NCBI GenBank assembly: GCA_947626095.1
Contig: CANQQV010000002.1
Coordinates: 97,092 to 161,091, forward strand
DNA length: 64,000 nt
DNA from: an uncultured Bacilli bacterium
GTDB lineage: Bacteria > Bacillota_I > Bacilli_A > RF39 > UBA660
Direction of reading: 5' to 3'
The notes under the pieces are model-generated. The model was not told the origin of the DNA. It searched no databases and saw only the letters and a list, made by a program, of their open reading frames with translations. Each line of letters starts with the position of its first letter. Position 1 is the first letter of the stretch. Shown piece by piece: positions 28,772 to 39,107 of this stretch. A program made the position numbers and the translations under genes.

Positions 28772-30511
28772 CTAATCTTCTCCTTTTAAATAATAGAATT
28801 CAATATTTTGAAATGGTAAATTAATAGCAGCTATATGATAATAAGCATTATTCTTTTGTTTTAAGTAATGATAATCACGTAAGGCATTAGTCGTAAAGAA
28901 TAAGTTATTAGGATTATCTTGATCAAGATATTGACTATATTCTTTTATTAAGTTAGTAATATCATAACATAAGTAACCTTCTTTATTAGATTTATTACTT
29001 AATAAAACATCTTTATATATTTGGTGAGACATAATATGACGTTGTTTAGTACGGTTTTCATCACCATATGTTATTAAATCGCCACTTAATAACATGATAT
29101 ATAAGGAATTGTTCTGCGGATATGGACATTCCTCATCTAGTAAATTATCTTTAAGATATATTTTTATTTGACTTTGATTGGTTAGATAAATTATATCACG
29201 TTTGGTTTTAAGAATTTGGGATTCTAATTTATATTCATGACCATCAACGTCTAAGATAAAGCATTCACGATCATAGATGTATTTTAAGTGTTCATCTTTA
29301 CTAATTATTTCTTCTAAAGTTGGTGTACCATCGTTATTTACTTTAGCTGGGTAATATTTTTCACGAAGTTCAGGATGCATAATAGATAAATAGCGATATA
29401 ATGATTCTTCTTGATATTGATCTGGTTCATAGTTTCTTTTTTTATATAGTTCTTGTTGTAGTTTACATGTATATGATTTATTACTGTTGTAAACATTTTT
29501 GACAAATGGACAACCAGTTTTACAGATATATAAGTATGGACATTTACAACATTCTTCATTAAAGCCAAGTCTTTGATGATTATTAAATATTTTAAGATAA
29601 GCATTATTTAGGATGTCTTCAACACTATCTTTATAGATATTACCATAGTAAAAGTCTGGTTGTTTTTGACCTCTTACACAAGAGTATATGTCCCCACTAC
29701 GTTCAAGTAAGAAAAATTTTTCCCCACAGTTATCACAATTAGTACAATACTCAGGGCCAAATTCATTAAACCAAGCTCCATTAAGACCAGCATCTAATTT
29801 AGTATTAGCGAATTCTTTGTGCATACGATTAAAGAATTCTACTTGCTCGTCTTCAGTTAAGGGATGTAATAAATTATTAGAGTTATAAGCAAAGCCGATC
29901 ATAAAATTAAAATCATTCATATCTAAACAAGTATTTTCATCTAAATACTTAATATCTTTGATAATTTCATCGATATATTCATAATGTTCTTTAAAAATAG
30001 TAGCTGAAACCTTTTTCTTATTAGGTATATCTTTTAATAGCTCGATATTCTTAATAATGGTAGCCATAGTTTTTTGATTATTTTTCGTAACTCTAAATTT
30101 ATCATGTAAATGAAATGGTAAATCTAAGCTACCACTAATAGAAACATTAAACTCTTTAATAGTATCTAGATGTTTATCAAGATTATAGAGATTAGTTTTA
30201 ATATGAGGAGATCCTACTTTAAAACCGTTATCACTAATTAATTTAGCATTAGTATTATAGTAATCACTAATGTATTTGATTAAATCATGGAAATCTTCTT
30301 TACTTAAAGTAGTTACTTCACCACCATGTAAAGAGATATTAAAAGGAATTACGTTACTCTCTTTAAACTTTTTTATAGCATAAGCTAAAGTTTCAACAGG
30401 TTTATAAGGGGAATTTTCATCAACAGTATTATCTTCTAAATAGCAATATTTGCATCCCATATTACAGGCCATGGTTGGGACATAGAGTAAATGAATAAAA
30501 CGATTATTCAT
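28772..30511 (-). CDS. Radical SAM/SPASM-domain enzyme with C-terminal extension
   Basis: CNMGCKYC (CX3CX2C), HGGE, SPASM cysteines (C..GDIYSC...CKC..ICKTGC...C); RBS GGAGG before ATG at 30511. Confidence 0.88.
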   Translation of the reverse strand: MNNRFIHLLYVPTMACNMGCKYCYLEDNTVDENSPYKPVETLAYAIKKFKESNVIPFNISLHGGEVTTLSKEDFHDLIKYISDYYNTNAKLISDNGFKVGSPHIKTNLYNLDKHLDTIKEFNVSISGSLDLPFHLHDKFRVTKNNQKTMATIIKNIELLKDIPNKKKVSATIFKEHYEYIDEIIKDIKYLDENTCLDMNDFNFMIGFAYNSNNLLHPLTEDEQVEFFNRMHKEFANTKLDAGLNGAWFNEFGPEYCTNCDNCGEKFFLLERSGDIYSCVRGQKQPDFYYGNIYKDSVEDILNNAYLKIFNNHQRLGFNEECCKCPYLYICKTGCPFVKNVYNSNKSYTCKLQQELYKKRNYEPDQYQEESLYRYLSIMHPELREKYYPAKVNNDGTPTLEEIISKDEHLKYIYDRECFILDVDGHEYKLESQILKTKRDIIYLTNQSQIKIYLKDNLLDEECPYPQNNSLYIMLLSGDLITYGDENRTKQRHIMSHQIYKDVLLSNKSNKEGYLCYDITNLIKEYSQYLDQDNPNNLFFTTNALRDYHYLKQKNNAYYHIAAINLPFQNIEFYYLKGED

Positions 30512-32084
30512 AAATATCCTCCGCATAAGTTTGATTACCATTTCTTCTAGTTATAACGGTTGGGCTTTCTTTGAAAGCACGTGAATTAACTGACGTATTA
30601 GCTGGTATTTCAATCGTATATAGTGAACTACATTGTCTAAAGGCGGAACTACCTATATCATTTACAGAATCAGGAATAGTTACGCTACTTAGGGAAGAAC
30701 ATCCATAAAAGGCATGGCCACCTATTCTTGTAACACCTTCGGGAATATCAATACTCTTTAAAGAAGAACAATTTTCAAAAGTATTACCGTTTATTTCGGT
30801 TATCTTTGATGGTAAAGTTATTTTTTGAAGAGAAGTACAGTTAACAAATGTTTCACCATGAATAGAAGTTATATTATCATGTAAAATAATTTCTTCTAAA
30901 GATGAACAGTTTTTAAAAGTTTCACCATTAATTTCTGTAACACCTAAAGGAATGGTTATTTTCTTTAGGGAACTACAATTTTTAAAAGCACTACCACCTA
31001 AATACTTTAGATTTTTGGGGAGATTTATTTTTTCGAGAGTACGATCATTTAAGAAGGCATTACCTCTTATTTCTTCAATAGTATCAGGTAAAACAACTTC
31101 TTTTAAAGTAAGAATATTGGCAAAGACATTACCTCTTATAGATAAGACTTTACGACCGTTATGAGTTTCAGGTATTTCTGCTTTAGTATAATTAGCAAGG
31201 CCGATAGTATAGAATCTTACACCGTAACCATTTTCATAGTTTTCATAAAAGATATGAGGTTCAAAATAAATAATAATTGGCAAAATAAATGATGCAGCGA
31301 TGATAATTGTTTTAGTTAAATATAATTTACTACGGGGAACTTGTTCAGCAACTAAACTAGAAATAACGTCAGACATTTTTTCATCAGGACGGGCTTTAAT
31401 CTGTTTTTTAAGATAGCTAATAAGGTCAATTTTGCGACTAAAGATAATAAAAATAATAATATTTACGATTTCTAATAATAAGGTCCATAATGGTAAATGG
31501 AAGAAAATGAAGGAAAGACAAATAAAATTCAAAATAGCAAATAAAATACTTATAGCATATTTTCGGCGTTTAAGATATGGAATGATAGTTTTTTCGTTAG
31601 CATTATTTTTAGGTAATTCACTTTTAATTTTTTCTTCAAGTATATCATCAAGATCTTTTAAATAGATTGGATCGATTTCAACTTCTTTAATTGGTTCAGC
31701 AATATAAAGAACTGGTTGATTAATAAAAGTATATGTACTTGGATAAGAGACACTATTAGAAATAACAGCTTTAACTTTATTATATACGCGATTATTTCTC
31801 ACATATAAACTTTTAGTATGACCATCAACAGTACACTTAGTATCACTTATAACTATTTCACTAGCAAATCTTTTTTTAGTTTCTGGAATATTCGTAATAA
31901 TGTTGTTATTACTACTAAAAATTGTTTTGAAAATGATAAATATAAATATCATCAATCCAATAGGAAAAATAAAAGTAAATGAAAAAATTAGTTTACCACC
32001 AGACATATCGACAAAAATAGAAAGAATATATATAATAACAACAAAGTATACTATAAAGATAATTAGCTTTTTGGATTTATTCAT
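30504..32084 (-). CDS. Membrane protein with C-terminal BspA-type (LRR_5) repeats
   Basis: TM segments followed by repeated F.NCSSLxxIxIPxxVTxI units. Confidence 0.88.
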   Translation of the reverse strand: MNKSKKLIIFIVYFVVIIYILSIFVDMSGGKLIFSFTFIFPIGLMIFIFIIFKTIFSSNNNIITNIPETKKRFASEIVISDTKCTVDGHTKSLYVRNNRVYNKVKAVISNSVSYPSTYTFINQPVLYIAEPIKEVEIDPIYLKDLDDILEEKIKSELPKNNANEKTIIPYLKRRKYAISILFAILNFICLSFIFFHLPLWTLLLEIVNIIIFIIFSRKIDLISYLKKQIKARPDEKMSDVISSLVAEQVPRSKLYLTKTIIIAASFILPIIIYFEPHIFYENYENGYGVRFYTIGLANYTKAEIPETHNGRKVLSIRGNVFANILTLKEVVLPDTIEEIRGNAFLNDRTLEKINLPKNLKYLGGSAFKNCSSLKKITIPLGVTEINGETFKNCSSLEEIILHDNITSIHGETFVNCTSLQKITLPSKITEINGNTFENCSSLKSIDIPEGVTRIGGHAFYGCSSLSSVTIPDSVNDIGSSAFRQCSSLYTIEIPANTSVNSRAFKESPTVITRRNGNQTYAEDIYE

Positions 32085-32149
32085 ATACTACCACCATTAT
32101 AATTTTAACATATAACAATTAAAAATGTTATAATTTAGTTGGTGATTGT

Positions 32150-32872
32150 ATGGATAATATTGCACGTCTACAAAAGTGTATCGATGAATGTAATAATATT
32201 GTTTTCTTTGGTGGGGCTGGTGTTAGCACAGAATCAGGAATTAAGGATTTTCGTAGTGTAGATGGTTTATATAATGAAAAGTATGATTATCCACCAGAAG
32301 TTATATTAAGTAGATCGTTTTTTAATGAACATCCACATGAGTTTTATAAATTTTATAAAGATAAGTTAAATGCTTTAGATATCGAACCTAATATAACGCA
32401 TTATTTTTTAAAGAAGTTAGAAGATAAAGGAAAGTTAAAAGCAATTGTAACCCAGAATATTGATGGATTACATGAAAAAGCTGGAAGTAAAAATGTTTTG
32501 CTATTACACGGAACAACTTATCAAAATCATTGTATGATGTGTAATAAAGAGTATTCGGCTCATAAGGTCTTTAATAGTAAGGATTTACCTAAATGTAGTT
32601 GTGGTGGTTTAATAAAACCAGATGTTGTTTTATATGAAGAGCCATTAGATGAAGAAGTTATTGATAAGACAATTAAAGCTATAAGTGAATGTGAATTATT
32701 AATTGTAGCTGGAACTTCATTAGCTGTCTACCCTGCGGCTAGTTTTATACATTATTTTAGGGGCAAATACTTAGTAATTATTAATAAAGATGCTACTTCG
32801 TTTGATAATTTAGCAACGTTAGTTATTCATGATAAATTAGGGAATGTTTTTAGCAAATTAAAAGTTGATTAG
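32150..32872 (+). CDS. cobB: NAD-dependent protein deacylase (sirtuin)
   Basis: GAGVSTESGIKDFRS, TQNIDGLH, HG, zinc cysteines, GTS. Confidence 0.95.
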   Translation: MDNIARLQKCIDECNNIVFFGGAGVSTESGIKDFRSVDGLYNEKYDYPPEVILSRSFFNEHPHEFYKFYKDKLNALDIEPNITHYFLKKLEDKGKLKAIVTQNIDGLHEKAGSKNVLLLHGTTYQNHCMMCNKEYSAHKVFNSKDLPKCSCGGLIKPDVVLYEEPLDEEVIDKTIKAISECELLIVAGTSLAVYPAASFIHYFRGKYLVIINKDATSFDNLATLVIHDKLGNVFSKLKVD

Positions 32873-32875
32873 TAA

Positions 32876-33478
32876 TTAATCAACTTTTAGTTTGTCTTTC
32901 CAATCAGTATTAATAGTTTCACATTCATATAGAGTATCAGAGACATATTCAATAGCTTTATATAGATTTCTAGTTCCCTTTTTACTCTTTTCATAGTTAG
33001 CAATATTACTTGATTTTATACCAATAGTTTCTCCTTCAGCATATGAATCAATATTAGCACCAATATATAAGAATTCCCAATTAGAATGCTTAGCAATTAA
33101 TTTTTTTATTTTATCTTTAGTATATTCACATGAGGCGTTTTCTAAACCATCAGTCGTAATAATAAATAATACTTTATTATCTTTAACTTCTTTGGCAATA
33201 GTATTAATTGTTTTACCTATAGCATCATATAAAGCTGTGCAACCTCTAACATAGTATTCTTTGGCGGTTAAATTATGAACATCCTTAATATCTTGACGAT
33301 TAGTTAATAATTCATATTCGTTATCAAATAAAACTGTCGTTATTTTGGTATTATATTTGTTATGACGTTGTTTATCTAAATAACTGTTATAACCTCCTAT
33401 TGTATCTTTTTCACTGCCTTGCATTGATCCACTGCGATCAAGTAAAAAGACAACATCTAAACTTTTTTTCTTTGTCAT
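32876..33478 (-). CDS. von Willebrand factor A domain protein
   Basis: MIDAS motif DRSGS, TALYDA, ITTDGLEN. Confidence 0.9.
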   Translation of the reverse strand: MTKKKSLDVVFLLDRSGSMQGSEKDTIGGYNSYLDKQRHNKYNTKITTVLFDNEYELLTNRQDIKDVHNLTAKEYYVRGCTALYDAIGKTINTIAKEVKDNKVLFIITTDGLENASCEYTKDKIKKLIAKHSNWEFLYIGANIDSYAEGETIGIKSSNIANYEKSKKGTRNLYKAIEYVSDTLYECETINTDWKDKLKVD

Positions 33479-33528
33479 TTTAATTCCTTCTTTCTGCCTA
33501 CATAATAAACGATTTAAACTTTAAGAAG

Positions 33529-33545
33529 GTCTCTTTTAAAGCGAC
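33529..33545. promoter_or_regulatory. Palindromic putative operator upstream of the vWA gene
   Basis: GTCTCTTT-T-AAAGCGAC, 7 of 8 positions symmetric, in an AT-rich intergenic region. Confidence 0.5.
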
Positions 33546-33577
33546 AAATAAAAAGAATTAAAAACTTAATTTTAATT

Positions 33578-34237
33578 CTATTTTAATTTTTGATTAACAC
33601 TTACAAAATTAGGATTTGAACTATAGGTAACGTCCATAGTTTGGAACAATACACTACCATCATCGGCAACTTCAACATCAAAGGCATTTTTAAAACTAAC
33701 TTCACCATTTGAACTTACGTCACCAATTTGTTCTTGATAAACGCAATCACTACTTTTATCTTTACATAAGTATGTACCACTTATACTATATATTCTAGTA
33801 TTAGTATTTTTTATATAACCAACATAAGTTACTTCAGCTAAATTCCAACTTCTTAAATTATTAAAATCAACAGTTCTAAGAGCAACCATATATGATTTAT
33901 ATACTGATTTAATATTGGCAGCAGTTACTTCATTAGAAGTTACACATTCGGTTGAAGATGGTGTTGAATTATTGGTAGTTTGGTTATTTGAATGTTCATC
34001 TTTTTGATCTTCCTTTTGGTCTTCTTTTTGATCATTTTCTTGATTATTTTTATCATCTGTTGGTTCTTCTTCATTGTCATCTTTTTGGTTACTTACTTCT
34101 TTTTGCGGATCAGTACCACTATTTTGAAATTGAACTTCAGGCTTTTTGACTAAGCTATAGACATTAAAAGCTAAAGAACATACTAAGATAATTGAAATAA
34201 CTACTCCTATAAGATTATTACTTTTATTTTCTTCCAT
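33578..34237 (-). CDS. Membrane-anchored hypothetical protein with a low-complexity linker
   Basis: N-terminal TM; DQKE repeats. Confidence 0.7.
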   Translation of the reverse strand: MEENKSNNLIGVVISIILVCSLAFNVYSLVKKPEVQFQNSGTDPQKEVSNQKDDNEEEPTDDKNNQENDQKEDQKEDQKDEHSNNQTTNNSTPSSTECVTSNEVTAANIKSVYKSYMVALRTVDFNNLRSWNLAEVTYVGYIKNTNTRIYSISGTYLCKDKSSDCVYQEQIGDVSSNGEVSFKNAFDVEVADDGSVLFQTMDVTYSSNPNFVSVNQKLK

Positions 34238-34349
34238 TTTAATCACTACTTTCATTATTATTTTATACATTACATATTTATCTTGTCAATATGTTAAAAT
34301 ATTGGTTGGCATTTTCTTTCTATTTGATATAATACTATAAATAGTTGGG

Positions 34350-34865
34350 ATGATTATGATGAAAGATAAGTTAAGAGAATACATAAAGGATAATTTAGAA
34401 AATAAAGTTTTTGTTTCGTTTAGTAAGGCCCGTTATAACTTAGAAGATGCTTGTTGTTTGGAAACGGCTAAATTATATGATGAAGAAGAAATAAATATAA
34501 ATACTTATATTCATAACAATAAGGAAGAGAGCGAATTTCAAAAGGTTTTATTTGGATTTATTGATGAACGCCATTTAAAAGATAGTGATGTTTACAATAA
34601 GGTTCATCTAGATCGTCGTTTATTTTCGAAAATAAGAAGTAATGTTAATTATCATCCAAGTAAGGAGACAGTAATTTTATTAGGTTTAGCGCTTGAATTA
34701 AATGAACAAGAGATAGAGAAATTATTATTAAGTGCTTCTTATTCACTACCGAAAAATAATGAATATGATCTTATTATTAGATTTTGTTTTATAGAAGGAA
34801 TTTATAAAATAAGGGAAGTTAATGATTTATTAGATTTATATCAATGTAAGTTATTTGCATATTAA
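34350..34865 (+). CDS. XRE-like HTH DNA-binding protein
   Basis: DSDVYNKVHLDRRLFSKIR...YHPSKETVILLGLALEL, which resembles the HTH domain often fused to Macro domains in Bacillota. Confidence 0.65.
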   Translation: MIMMKDKLREYIKDNLENKVFVSFSKARYNLEDACCLETAKLYDEEEININTYIHNNKEESEFQKVLFGFIDERHLKDSDVYNKVHLDRRLFSKIRSNVNYHPSKETVILLGLALELNEQEIEKLLLSASYSLPKNNEYDLIIRFCFIEGIYKIREVNDLLDLYQCKLFAY

Positions 34866-34888
34866 AAGTAGGATTACTCCTACTCTTT

Positions 34889-36031
34889 TTAATTTTTTAA
34901 AATTAATTTATGGTTACTATCAATAATACTTAATAGTTGCTCATTATCAATTAAGTTAAATAAGGTATCTAGATGAATAGCACAGTAAAAATTAGTTACA
35001 TCTCCTTTAATAACAAAAGTGCGTAAGACAGGATTATTAAAGTAATTATTAATATCAACAGTATTACCTAAGAAACTCAACCATAAAGATTTTAAGAAAG
35101 TTGGATTATAGATACTATCTTGATGGGTTTTATCAAATAATTCAAATAGCAATTCCATTTCTTCTCTTTTTAAAGCATTAAGTCTTCTTCTTACCCTATT
35201 TAACATTTGGGAATCGGCAAATTCACTACCTACAGCTAAAGCTTCTTGGTATGATAACTGCTCGATTTTGTCTTTTACACGTTGATATTTTCTATTTATA
35301 TCAACTATTTCTTTATTATCAAAAGTTATTTTAGCAACCCCTATTTCATTTGACGGAATTGAAAGCCTTTCAAAAGGGAAATCAATTAAGTTTTGACCAT
35401 AACAAAATAAGGGAAATAAATTAAGATATGAAGCTAGTACTTGAAGTTCTTTATTAGATATTTTATCTAAAGAACCATTTAAATAATTGGTAACAACATA
35501 ATTAATAAAACGACGAAAACGATTGATAGTATTACTTATATATGGTTTAGTAATATCGTCAACACGAGTAGTATATTGAAAGACAAGTTCTCTTTCGCTC
35601 ATTTCATACATTGATAATTGACGGTAGTCATTAAAAGAATATACTTTACATTCATGGGGCGCTTTAGGTGGTGTTTTAGTATTTGCATTATCAGTAAAAA
35701 TTCTTTGTGGAAGGACAATACTTTGTTTTTTATAGGCTTCTAAGCTATTTATTAAGTTAATAAAGAATGATATATCATAAGTATTGTCGTTAGTATGAAG
35801 TTGAGTTCCTTCAATGTAGTAATCTGACCAACGGAAAAGATTACAAACAATTTCATATAAACTTAGATCATATTCTTTTAAAATGTTTTTATTAGCATTT
35901 AAATAAATAAAGATTAGTTCAAAAGTAATGTAGTCATTATTGTCTGGAGTTAAGTTGTGGTTTAGGGCATACGAAAAAGATTTATTGGCTTTAATTAGTT
36001 CACATAAAGTTTTAATCTTTTCCTCTTCCAT
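34889..36031 (-). CDS. Hypothetical protein
   Basis: 380-aa open frame with RBS GAGG; no recognisable motif. Confidence 0.7.
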   Translation of the reverse strand: MEEEKIKTLCELIKANKSFSYALNHNLTPDNNDYITFELIFIYLNANKNILKEYDLSLYEIVCNLFRWSDYYIEGTQLHTNDNTYDISFFINLINSLEAYKKQSIVLPQRIFTDNANTKTPPKAPHECKVYSFNDYRQLSMYEMSERELVFQYTTRVDDITKPYISNTINRFRRFINYVVTNYLNGSLDKISNKELQVLASYLNLFPLFCYGQNLIDFPFERLSIPSNEIGVAKITFDNKEIVDINRKYQRVKDKIEQLSYQEALAVGSEFADSQMLNRVRRRLNALKREEMELLFELFDKTHQDSIYNPTFLKSLWLSFLGNTVDINNYFNNPVLRTFVIKGDVTNFYCAIHLDTLFNLIDNEQLLSIIDSNHKLILKN

Positions 36032-36041
36032 TTTTTAGCCT

Positions 36042-36302
36042 CTATTGTAAGTTATATGTTACTTTTAACTTTTCTATTTCATTAATTATTTTTTGTTGTT
36101 CTTTCATAGTTTTAGCTAATTGTAAAGAATTAATCTTATTAATGATATTAGATTTTTCTTCAATATCAAGATTAGATTCTTTTACTTTGTGTTTTAAACT
36201 AGTATAGTCTGGTAATGGTTCTTCTTCAACATCTAAAGCAAAGAAGGAAGCTAAATTATCAGCTAGTTCATAATTATTTTTATTTTTTATTGTTAATCCC
36301 AT
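36042..36302 (-). CDS. Hypothetical protein
   Basis: RBS AGGTGA before ATG at 36302. Confidence 0.6.
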   Translation of the reverse strand: MGLTIKNKNNYELADNLASFFALDVEEEPLPDYTSLKHKVKESNLDIEEKSNIINKINSLQLAKTMKEQQKIINEIEKLKVTYNLQ

Positions 36303-36390
36303 ATGTATCACCTGTCCTTATTGTAGCAAATAATTGACAATTTAAAAAGAATAATTATTTTAGCAAAAAAAAAATAATCCGGGTTTTGGA

Positions 36391-36834
36391 TTACTTTTTA
36401 GAACTTTTTTTATTATCTTTTGGTTCTTCTAAGCTTTTAACTGTATCTTTTAGAACATCAATAGTTTTAAGTCTTAGATCCTCAACAGCTTTATGAATAG
36501 CTGGTGTTGCTTTTTCTTTAGCTTCTTCAACTAATTCATCCATTTTCTTTTTAATAGCAGCTGCTTTTTCTTTAGCTATTTCTAAAACTTTTTCTTTGTC
36601 TAAATCAGCTAAATCGCTTTTGATTTCATCAATCTTATTTAAGAATGATTCTCTGACTTCTTCTAAATCGATTTCTTTAACTTTTTTAACCATTTCATTA
36701 AATTTTTGTTTTAATTCTTTTCTTGTTTCTTTACCAGATTTTGGGGCGAATAGAATTCCTAATCCAGCTCCAATAGCAGCTCCAGCTAAAAACTTACCTA
36801 AGCCACTTTTTTTCTTTTCACTTTTTTCTTCCAT
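36391..36834 (-). CDS. ytxH: YtxH-domain protein
   Basis: FLAGAAIGAGLGILFAPKSGKETR signature. Confidence 0.9.
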   Translation of the reverse strand: MEEKSEKKKSGLGKFLAGAAIGAGLGILFAPKSGKETRKELKQKFNEMVKKVKEIDLEEVRESFLNKIDEIKSDLADLDKEKVLEIAKEKAAAIKKKMDELVEEAKEKATPAIHKAVEDLRLKTIDVLKDTVKSLEEPKDNKKSSKK

Positions 36835-36839
36835 ATTAA

Positions 36840-37133
36840 TTATTCCTCCTCTTCATCACTTTTTACATGTCTACGTTTAAAGATATGTCCAATAAGACCA
36901 CTGACTCCCTCAACAACGCGATCAGTAATTGATACTATTTTGTCAGTTGTAAAATCAATTAAATTAAAGAATCCATTTAATGATTGAACTTTGTCATTAA
37001 CATCATCAACAACTTTATCTACTTTATTTAGGGTCTGAATAGATCTTACACCTAATATTATGCCAATTATTAATAAAATTATTAGTAAGATATAAATTAT
37101 AATTGGTAAAATTGTTTGTAAAAAATTAATCAT
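36840..37133 (-). CDS. YtxG/DUF948-like membrane protein
   Basis: N-terminal TM plus amphipathic helix, directly upstream of ytxH. Confidence 0.6.
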   Translation of the reverse strand: MINFLQTILPIIIYILLIILLIIGIILGVRSIQTLNKVDKVVDDVNDKVQSLNGFFNLIDFTTDKIVSITDRVVEGVSGLIGHIFKRRHVKSDEEEE

Positions 37134-38400
37134 TTTCTTCCTCCTTTCCTTCTTCTTCATCTTGTTCATACATTGAATCTATTAAATTAAATAAATCATT
37201 TTCGAGAGTATCACTTTTTTCAAGATGCTCTCTCATTTCATCTTCTTCACTTTTTTCTTCTTCGGTTGTAATTGGTTTTATTGAATTTAATTCTTTTTCA
37301 ATGTCGTCAAGGATTTGTAAAGTATTGGTTTTTTCCATATCGTCTAAAGCTTTTGGCTTTGGCTTTTCTTCTTCTTTAATTGGAAATTTTTCTTCGATAT
37401 TTTCTTTTTCTTCACTTACATCTATAACATTAGTAACTTCGTATTCTTTATCGTCTAATTGTTCTTCAACGCTTGTTTCTGCAACTGGTACTGGTTCAAC
37501 TTTTACTTCTTCAATTGTGGTTTCTTCTTCTGGTTCTATCTCAATTGGTTCTTTTATTTTAACTTCTATTTTCTCAATTTCTTCTTTATGATTTTCTAGA
37601 GTATCAGTTGTAGCTTTTTTCTCTAATAGTTCTAGCCCACCATAAGCTTTTTTTCTAACAGAATCGATATCAACAGCGGGAATACTTTTTTCTTCATCTT
37701 CCTCAACACTATCTACTCTTGGTAGTATTGGTTTAACTATTTTTTCTCTTTTCATGCCATCTTTTTTATCAACTATCTCATCTTTTTTATAGTTACGATC
37801 TAAGATACCATAAACTGGTGAGATAACTGGAGATGGTTTAAATGGCTTACGTCCTGGTGTTGCACTGATTTTATATCTTTCAGGATCGTTTTCTTTTTTG
37901 GCTTGAGGGGCAGAAGTTGATGAAACATTGCTATTAGCTCTGCGAGCTTCCGTATATTGATTATTTTCACTTCTACTCTCTTTATTATATTCTCTATTAC
38001 CATCATTTCTGGTTTTGTTTTCGTTATTATTTATATAAGAATTAAGTCTTTCAAATTCGGCTTCATCAAAGGAAAGAAATGGAGATTTCTTTTCTTCTTT
38101 AGGTAGTTCTTCTCTTACTGGTTCTCTTTCTTCTTCCTCGTATGTTGGAGCAACTTCTTCAGCTCCATCGACTTCACCTAAAACATCGTCATCGAATGAC
38201 ATATCGATATCTCTTTTAACATTATTAAAATGTGAATCATTTGATGTGTTAATTGGATTTGGATCAAATGGAGCTTCAATATGTTCTTCTTCGATAGCTT
38301 TTTGTACTTCTTTTACATCTTCTTTAGTGTAAACTGGCATTTCACTAACTTCATCATCGTCTTCAAATAAAATATTTTTTATTTTACCAAACAATCCCAT
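37126..38400 (-). CDS. Acidic, largely disordered protein with an SftA N-terminal-like motif
   Basis: MGLFGKIKNILF start, PFKPSPVISPVYG, very E/D-rich; no ATPase motifs. Confidence 0.6.
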   Translation of the reverse strand: MGLFGKIKNILFEDDDEVSEMPVYTKEDVKEVQKAIEEEHIEAPFDPNPINTSNDSHFNNVKRDIDMSFDDDVLGEVDGAEEVAPTYEEEEREPVREELPKEEKKSPFLSFDEAEFERLNSYINNNENKTRNDGNREYNKESRSENNQYTEARRANSNVSSTSAPQAKKENDPERYKISATPGRKPFKPSPVISPVYGILDRNYKKDEIVDKKDGMKREKIVKPILPRVDSVEEDEEKSIPAVDIDSVRKKAYGGLELLEKKATTDTLENHKEEIEKIEVKIKEPIEIEPEEETTIEEVKVEPVPVAETSVEEQLDDKEYEVTNVIDVSEEKENIEEKFPIKEEEKPKPKALDDMEKTNTLQILDDIEKELNSIKPITTEEEKSEEDEMREHLEKSDTLENDLFNLIDSMYEQDEEEGKEEEND

Positions 38401-38413
38401 TTATAACACCGCC

Positions 38414-39064
38414 TTAATTTATTAAATCTGAATCGTGTATTTCTTCGTCTTCGTAAACATCGGAATCTACTGCATCCATATATTCACTATTATCATTTTG
38501 ACCATTGGTTTCAAATATATTAAATTCGTAATCTTTAAATTGTGATACTTCTTCATCTAGTAAAGTTTTAAGGATATTACTATCAAAGTTAATTGAACCT
38601 AAAACACTTAAAGAATAAGAGACAGCTAGGTTAATATCTTTTTCCTTTACTATTACCTCTATTTTAGCATAATTATACATAATTTCAATAAAATACTTAT
38701 CGTCATCTACTTGATTAATTTCGATATATCCGTATTTATCTTCATGGCTAATTTGCTTAGAAACATAAGATTTTTCATTTTCTTCATAAGTCTCAATTAC
38801 TTTATTATAGTAACTAACGGCATCAATATATAAATAGTATGTATAATCATTACCTTTTAATACTTCATTATATTCAGTATTATCAACGACTTTTAAACCT
38901 TTAGGGACGTTATATTTATATCCTTTACGGTATGTGTTATATACTTCAACTTTACGTTCAACACCATTTTTTATTATTTCATCTAGAGACATATCTTCAA
39001 TAGCTGTACAACCACATAAAATAAGACAGATAAAAACAGAAAGTATGATAAATTTTCTTTTCAT
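38414..39064 (-). CDS. Putative lipoprotein
   Basis: MKRK, hydrophobic stretch, then LCGC lipobox. Confidence 0.7.
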   Translation of the reverse strand: MKRKFIILSVFICLILCGCTAIEDMSLDEIIKNGVERKVEVYNTYRKGYKYNVPKGLKVVDNTEYNEVLKGNDYTYYLYIDAVSYYNKVIETYEENEKSYVSKQISHEDKYGYIEINQVDDDKYFIEIMYNYAKIEVIVKEKDINLAVSYSLSVLGSINFDSNILKTLLDEEVSQFKDYEFNIFETNGQNDNSEYMDAVDSDVYEDEEIHDSDLIN

Positions 39065-39107
39065 AATGCCTCCCATGTTTCTATAGATTATTATATCATT
39101 TCTAGCT

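Noticed and set aside
28772-30511. Radical SAM enzyme as QueE supplying a deazaguanine to the TGT-like protein
   Set aside because: It is a long SPASM-type enzyme in an unrelated membrane-protein operon 25 kb away; QueE is small and lacks SPASM.
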